A stretch of DNA of 60,351 bases from a virus (lineage: Duplodnaviria > Caudoviricetes). How positions within the stretch are numbered: position 1 is the first letter of the stretch; the number at the start of each line of letters is the position of its first letter. The notes beneath the pieces are model-generated. The model made no database searches. It saw nothing but the letters and a program-made list of their open reading frames with translations, and was not told the origin of the DNA. The position numbers were made by a program, and so were the translations under genes. Where the stretch lies: positions 1 through 60,351 of IMG/VR virus record IMGVR_UViG_3300034121_000953, one strand, 5' to 3'. Shown here in pieces: positions 56,725-60,351 of this stretch.

Positions 56725-57165
56725 TTAAAATAATAAACATTCTGCTTGTCTGCGCAGCTCAAGCCCTTTCAGAACTTTACCACCACCTCGTGTCCAGAGC
56801 ATTAATTGTTCTTTACTTCCTTCCCAATCTTGGGAATTTATTTTACGCCTAAGGGTAGACGATTTTAACCTACCAACACCAAGGTTGTAAGTGAAGTCAA
56901 CAATAGCATTAAGTTTATCTTCTGATTCAATTAAACGGGGGCATAGACTTAGTACGCCCGGTAAATAGGTATATTGTAGCTCATGCATCAATAACTCTTT
57001 TGCTTGCACAACAGAGATAGGTAAGTCTTTTAAAGTTACCTTTAAACCATTGCTGTAATAGGTACTGCCATAGCCAATAGTAGGTACTCCTGCAGGACAC
57101 AAGTAAGGGTTACTCTTAAACCCTTCAAATGTTTTGCACAGTAAAAAAGCTTTGTTTAGGTTCAT
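56725..57165 (-). CDS. Lysozyme / endolysin (GH24)
   Basis: FEG...YLCPAGVPTIGYGST, FTYNLG, STLRRKIN, GLELRRQAE; ATG at 57165. Confidence 0.92.
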   Translation of the reverse strand: MNLNKAFLLCKTFEGFKSNPYLCPAGVPTIGYGSTYYSNGLKVTLKDLPISVVQAKELLMHELQYTYLPGVLSLCPRLIESEDKLNAIVDFTYNLGVGRLKSSTLRRKINSQDWEGSKEQLMLWTRGGGKVLKGLELRRQAECLLF

Positions 57166-57167
57166 TT

Positions 57168-57184
57168 CTATTAGGTACCGGCTA
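57168..57184 (-). promoter_or_regulatory. Putative phage RNAP promoter abutting the endolysin start
   Basis: TAGCCGGTACCTAATAG-AA-ATG on the minus strand. Confidence 0.7.
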
Positions 57185-57424
57185 AACGTTGACCCCATGA
57201 CCTCTTAGAAAGTCAAGAAGAACATACCCGGCACCAATAAAGAATGCCCATACCAAGCCAATTAAAGTTTTCTCTATGATTGCTTTACGTAGCTCAATTG
57301 ACTGAGCTTCTTTTTGTATAGCCATCTTGACCCATCGCTCTTCGTCTTCAGATAGTGTAGAATTTCTTTTGGTAAGTGCTTCAACAATACCGGCTATAAG
57401 TTCTTTGCGTTCTTCTGATTGCAT
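57182..57424 (-). CDS. Small membrane protein (lysis-associated?)
   Basis: 80 aa with a C-terminal hydrophobic helix; adjacent to the endolysin. Confidence 0.55.
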   Translation of the reverse strand: MQSEERKELIAGIVEALTKRNSTLSEDEERWVKMAIQKEAQSIELRKAIIEKTLIGLVWAFFIGAGYVLLDFLRGHGVNV

Positions 57425-57891
57425 TATTTACCCCTTTTAAATAGGGCGCGGTCAGCAAGATAAATACCGAGAGCTGCACTACATAACATCCAACCATTAT
57501 CGTCTAGTATCCAACCCATATTGGCAAAGTTAATAGTGATCATTACAATGGCCCATGTTGCAACCAGAGGCCTGATAACCCCATTCCATGCATCAATAAA
57601 CCAAATACCTACTGTCTTGGTAGTGCCTTTAACTGCTTCAAGCCAAGCATCTGTTTCAATAACTGCTACATCTGCATTACTCTGCTCCTTTACTACTTGA
57701 ATATTAAGACTTGCCTGAGTTTTCATAGACTCAAGATTACGCGCATGTGCTTCTGCGTCTAGTGTTCCATGAACTTTGAGTAGTTCAAGCTCATGGATAT
57801 TATCTTGTCGTTTGTTAATAAAAGAAGATATTTCCCCCCATAACATTCGGAAGAGTGACCCTCCTAAAAACGATATTAGTGCTGATATCAT
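57424..57891 (-). CDS. Membrane protein, holin candidate
   Basis: N-terminal and two C-terminal hydrophobic segments; WNGVIRP...YLADRALFK. Confidence 0.55.
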   Translation of the reverse strand: MISALISFLGGSLFRMLWGEISSFINKRQDNIHELELLKVHGTLDAEAHARNLESMKTQASLNIQVVKEQSNADVAVIETDAWLEAVKGTTKTVGIWFIDAWNGVIRPLVATWAIVMITINFANMGWILDDNGWMLCSAALGIYLADRALFKRGK

Positions 57892-58046
57892 TAATCCCTC
57901 CCTTTTTTGTTGAAGAGCTCAAACAGTGTTCTAATTTTTTCTTCCATAACTGCTACTCTCAAGTCAAGCTTAGACAGGACTATAATCAGAGTAATTAATG
58001 CCAAAAGAATAGGCCAACCTTTAGTTAACAAATCAAATAACTCCAT
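57891..58046 (-). CDS. Small membrane protein (51 aa)
   Basis: MELFDLLTKGWPILLALITLIIVLSKLDLRVAVMEEKIRTLFELFNKKGGD*; read manually. Confidence 0.6.
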   Translation of the reverse strand: MELFDLLTKGWPILLALITLIIVLSKLDLRVAVMEEKIRTLFELFNKKGRD

Positions 58047-58047
58047 A

Positions 58048-58308
58048 TTAATATCCTGCCTTTGCTCTTGCTTCTATTTCATAAGGGCTGTTGATGTATC
58101 CATAGCGCATCAAGTAATAGAAAATTTTTATTGTCCATACAAAGGCTCCGTCCCGTTCAATTTGGCTTACATGAACAGATTCGTGAGCCCACAAAGGGTA
58201 ATTCGCCTCTTCACCGGGGCGGCAATACACCGTTTTCCACGGAGTTGTTACTGCCAGCGCACCGGCAAGTTTTAAAAACCACAACGCAAGAAGAGGCGCG
58301 GTTTTCAT
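58048..58308 (-). CDS. Small HExxH protein
   Basis: AHESVHVSQ...YGYINSPYEIEAR. Confidence 0.6.
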   Translation of the reverse strand: MKTAPLLALWFLKLAGALAVTTPWKTVYCRPGEEANYPLWAHESVHVSQIERDGAFVWTIKIFYYLMRYGYINSPYEIEARAKAGY

Positions 58309-58532
58309 ACCTCTTCTGCTTTGACTTTGTCGGTAGTTGCCAAAGACTCTTTAAGCAGTTTAAGGAAAGAATCCTTACCTACTTCAAGTTGTTGCAATTG
58401 AAATTGTGTTGAGCCAATCTTGCGATCAAGATCTATGCAATGATTAAAGAACAATACTTGTTGTTCGGTGAAAGTGGAGGCATCGTGTTCAATGCCATCA
58501 ATAGTTACAATTTGGGATTTTTTGTTTTCCAT
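58305..58532 (-). CDS. Hypothetical protein (tail-fibre associated)
   Basis: 75 aa, AAGGA RBS, coiled coil. Confidence 0.65.
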   Translation of the reverse strand: MENKKSQIVTIDGIEHDASTFTEQQVLFFNHCIDLDRKIGSTQFQLQQLEVGKDSFLKLLKESLATTDKVKAEEV

Positions 58533-58581
58533 TTTGTTTTCCTTTAAAATATGCTGCCAAGAACAAGTGGCAGCGTCTTGT

Positions 58582-58896
58582 TTAGTTAGACCAAGGCAGA
58601 GATGTAATCTCTGGGCTGACGGGTGGGGTAATCATTGAGTCAATCTGGCCCTGCACACATTGCTGTGCGCTGGTGATGGCAGACTCTGGAATCCAGCCGA
58701 TGACCACTGCTTCGGTCAGTTGGTCGTAGGGGATGAACGGTGTGGCTTGCTGGGAATCAAACTGCGTGTTGCCGCCGATGGATGCGGTGTACTCGCCGTC
58801 TACACCTGTGACCTGCCAGATTGCGTTGACCACATAGTTTGGGTCAGGCTGCTGAAGCGTGTACATAGCGGTGATGGTTGTGCTGAAGGTTGTCAT
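58582..58896 (-). CDS. Tail-fibre-associated protein
   Basis: FIPYDQLTEAVVIGW...LPW; ATGA-coupled to the fibre gene. Confidence 0.65.
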   Translation of the reverse strand: MTTFSTTITAMYTLQQPDPNYVVNAIWQVTGVDGEYTASIGGNTQFDSQQATPFIPYDQLTEAVVIGWIPESAITSAQQCVQGQIDSMITPPVSPEITSLPWSN

Positions 58897-60351
58897 AGTT
58901 TGCTTTCAAGTTGTGCCACACGGGCGCGGAGGGATTGGAGTTCTGCCCACATCACAGGGATAAGGGCAGCGGCATCCATCTGTTGATACACAGGTTTGCC
59001 GTCTTTGTCTACTGCGTCTTTCTCGCCAGTGTGTGCGTAGGCAGGGACTTCGTGAGCGATAAACATTGGACGCTCTTGTGTAGCCCATTTCATCTTACCC
59101 ATGTAAACAGGTATAGAGTCAATCAATGCACCGCTGTTAGTTACAGGGCCGTTGATGTCTTTGGCTCGGTAGTCAGAGGTTGTGCCATAAACAATTAAGC
59201 CACCTGTACGGTTGTATGTAATGCTTCCCCTCGATGTATAACTTGTTTCTGTTGCAAAATTAACCCATACATTGTCACCAGTAGTTCCAGAATTCCATGC
59301 TCTTATAGGAAAAGCATTTGTGCTATCTGAAGTTTTAAATATACATACATCACCAGCACCAGCATCGACAGCAATACGGCTAGGAAAACCAGCACCAGCG
59401 CCTGCCGTCGTAGTCCCGACCAGCAAGTTACCGCTGGAGTCGATACGGGCGCGTTCTGTGTTGTTAGTTCCGAAAACTAACGGGCCATCTACTTGGTTAA
59501 CAAGCTCCAGACGACCTGTTCCATCCCTGTAATACCGAAGCCTGCCACGGGTAACGCCGCCTTCTTGAATCAGATAACCAAACACATTGGTTGCGTTGAT
59601 GTTGGTGTTGGTGTTGTTAAAAATAACAGACTCACCTTCAACGCCGGTTACAACATGCAGCTTTGCAGTAGGCGAAGTCGTCCCAATACCCACGTTGCCG
59701 TCCGGGCCAACACGCATACGCTCAGTTAGACCACCTGCCGTAGGAGCAGTGGCAAACGCTATTCCTGTATTATTATTACCGCCGTCAGTTTCTAAGAATC
59801 TAATTTCAGATACAGAGTTTCCACCATTACTTTGAGACCTTATAGTTTTATAAACTCCGTCTGTCTGAGCACCTGTAACATTGTCATTGAGTAAAAGTGC
59901 AACAGCGTTAGTAGAAGATGTACGAGAAACATAGACTTCAAGTTTTGCCCCCGGCGAAGTCGTCCCAACACCCAAGTTACCGCTGCCATCAAACACACCC
60001 CGTGGATTCCCATCCCCATCAGACAGCACGATGTAGTTGCTTGCTGTGCGAATGTCTAGGCCGCCTTGGTTGCCTGAGTAAGAGCCAAGGATGGTGTTTT
60101 TAGCGCCAGTGGTAATAGCATTACCAGAACCATAACCAACAGCCGTGTTGTATGAAGCGGTGGTGGTGGAATTAAGGGCTGTTTGGCCAAATGCTGTGTT
60201 ATATGATCCAGTAGTGTTAGAACTTAAAGCAGACTGGCCCACGGCACTGTTGTTACCACCCGTTGTATTGGCATATAAAGCGGCTCGTCCAACCGCAACA
60301 ACGCCTGAACCACTGGTATTAGAGTACCCAGAAATGGTTCCTACAAAGACG
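58893..60351 (-). CDS. Tail fibre, C-terminal part with intramolecular chaperone (peptidase S74-like); 5' end outside the window
   Basis: Frame open from 60350; NTTG.NTAVG repeats, GNVGIGTTSP repeats, SDYRAK...FIAHEV...LQSLRARVAQLE. Confidence 0.85.
   Translation of the reverse strand, partial: VFVGTISGYSNTSGSGVVAVGRAALYANTTGGNNSAVGQSALSSNTTGSYNTAFGQTALNSTTTASYNTAVGYGSGNAITTGAKNTILGSYSGNQGGLDIRTASNYIVLSDGDGNPRGVFDGSGNLGVGTTSPGAKLEVYVSRTSSTNAVALLLNDNVTGAQTDGVYKTIRSQSNGGNSVSEIRFLETDGGNNNTGIAFATAPTAGGLTERMRVGPDGNVGIGTTSPTAKLHVVTGVEGESVIFNNTNTNINATNVFGYLIQEGGVTRGRLRYYRDGTGRLELVNQVDGPLVFGTNNTERARIDSSGNLLVGTTTAGAGAGFPSRIAVDAGAGDVCIFKTSDSTNAFPIRAWNSGTTGDNVWVNFATETSYTSRGSITYNRTGGLIVYGTTSDYRAKDINGPVTNSGALIDSIPVYMGKMKWATQERPMFIAHEVPAYAHTGEKDAVDKDGKPVYQQMDAAALIPVMWAELQSLRARVAQLESKL

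Noticed and set aside
1-60351. Prophage or temperate lifestyle
   Set aside because: No integrase, repressor or flanking host genes recognised.

Overview
Near-complete (~60 kb) lytic podovirus-type phage genome. The contig is broken inside the tail-fibre gene, whose N-terminal part (2323->1) and C-terminal part (60351->58893) sit at opposite window ends. The plus-strand arm (~12.4-37.9 kb) carries early genes, SSB, RNA ligase, DNA ligase, nucleotide enzymes, family A DNA polymerase, exonuclease, primase-helicase, a T7-type RNA polymerase, class II RNR, thioredoxin, tRNA-Arg(UCU) and Dps. The minus-strand arm carries terminase, portal, scaffold, capsid, tail, lysis, PhoH and ejection proteins. 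Main observations: (1) 12192-12813 has only 4 adenines in 622 nt and encodes an essentially A-free gene that looks like a recoded paralog of the ordinary gene at 13799-14128; (2) a second, cysteine-free single-subunit RNA polymerase (1247 aa) ends the virion module; (3) three covarying hairpins with a conserved loop precede the first early genes; (4) eight copies of a 17-bp phage-promoter-like motif TAGYCGGTACCTAATAG occur. All calls are by eye from motifs and context; no database searches were run.
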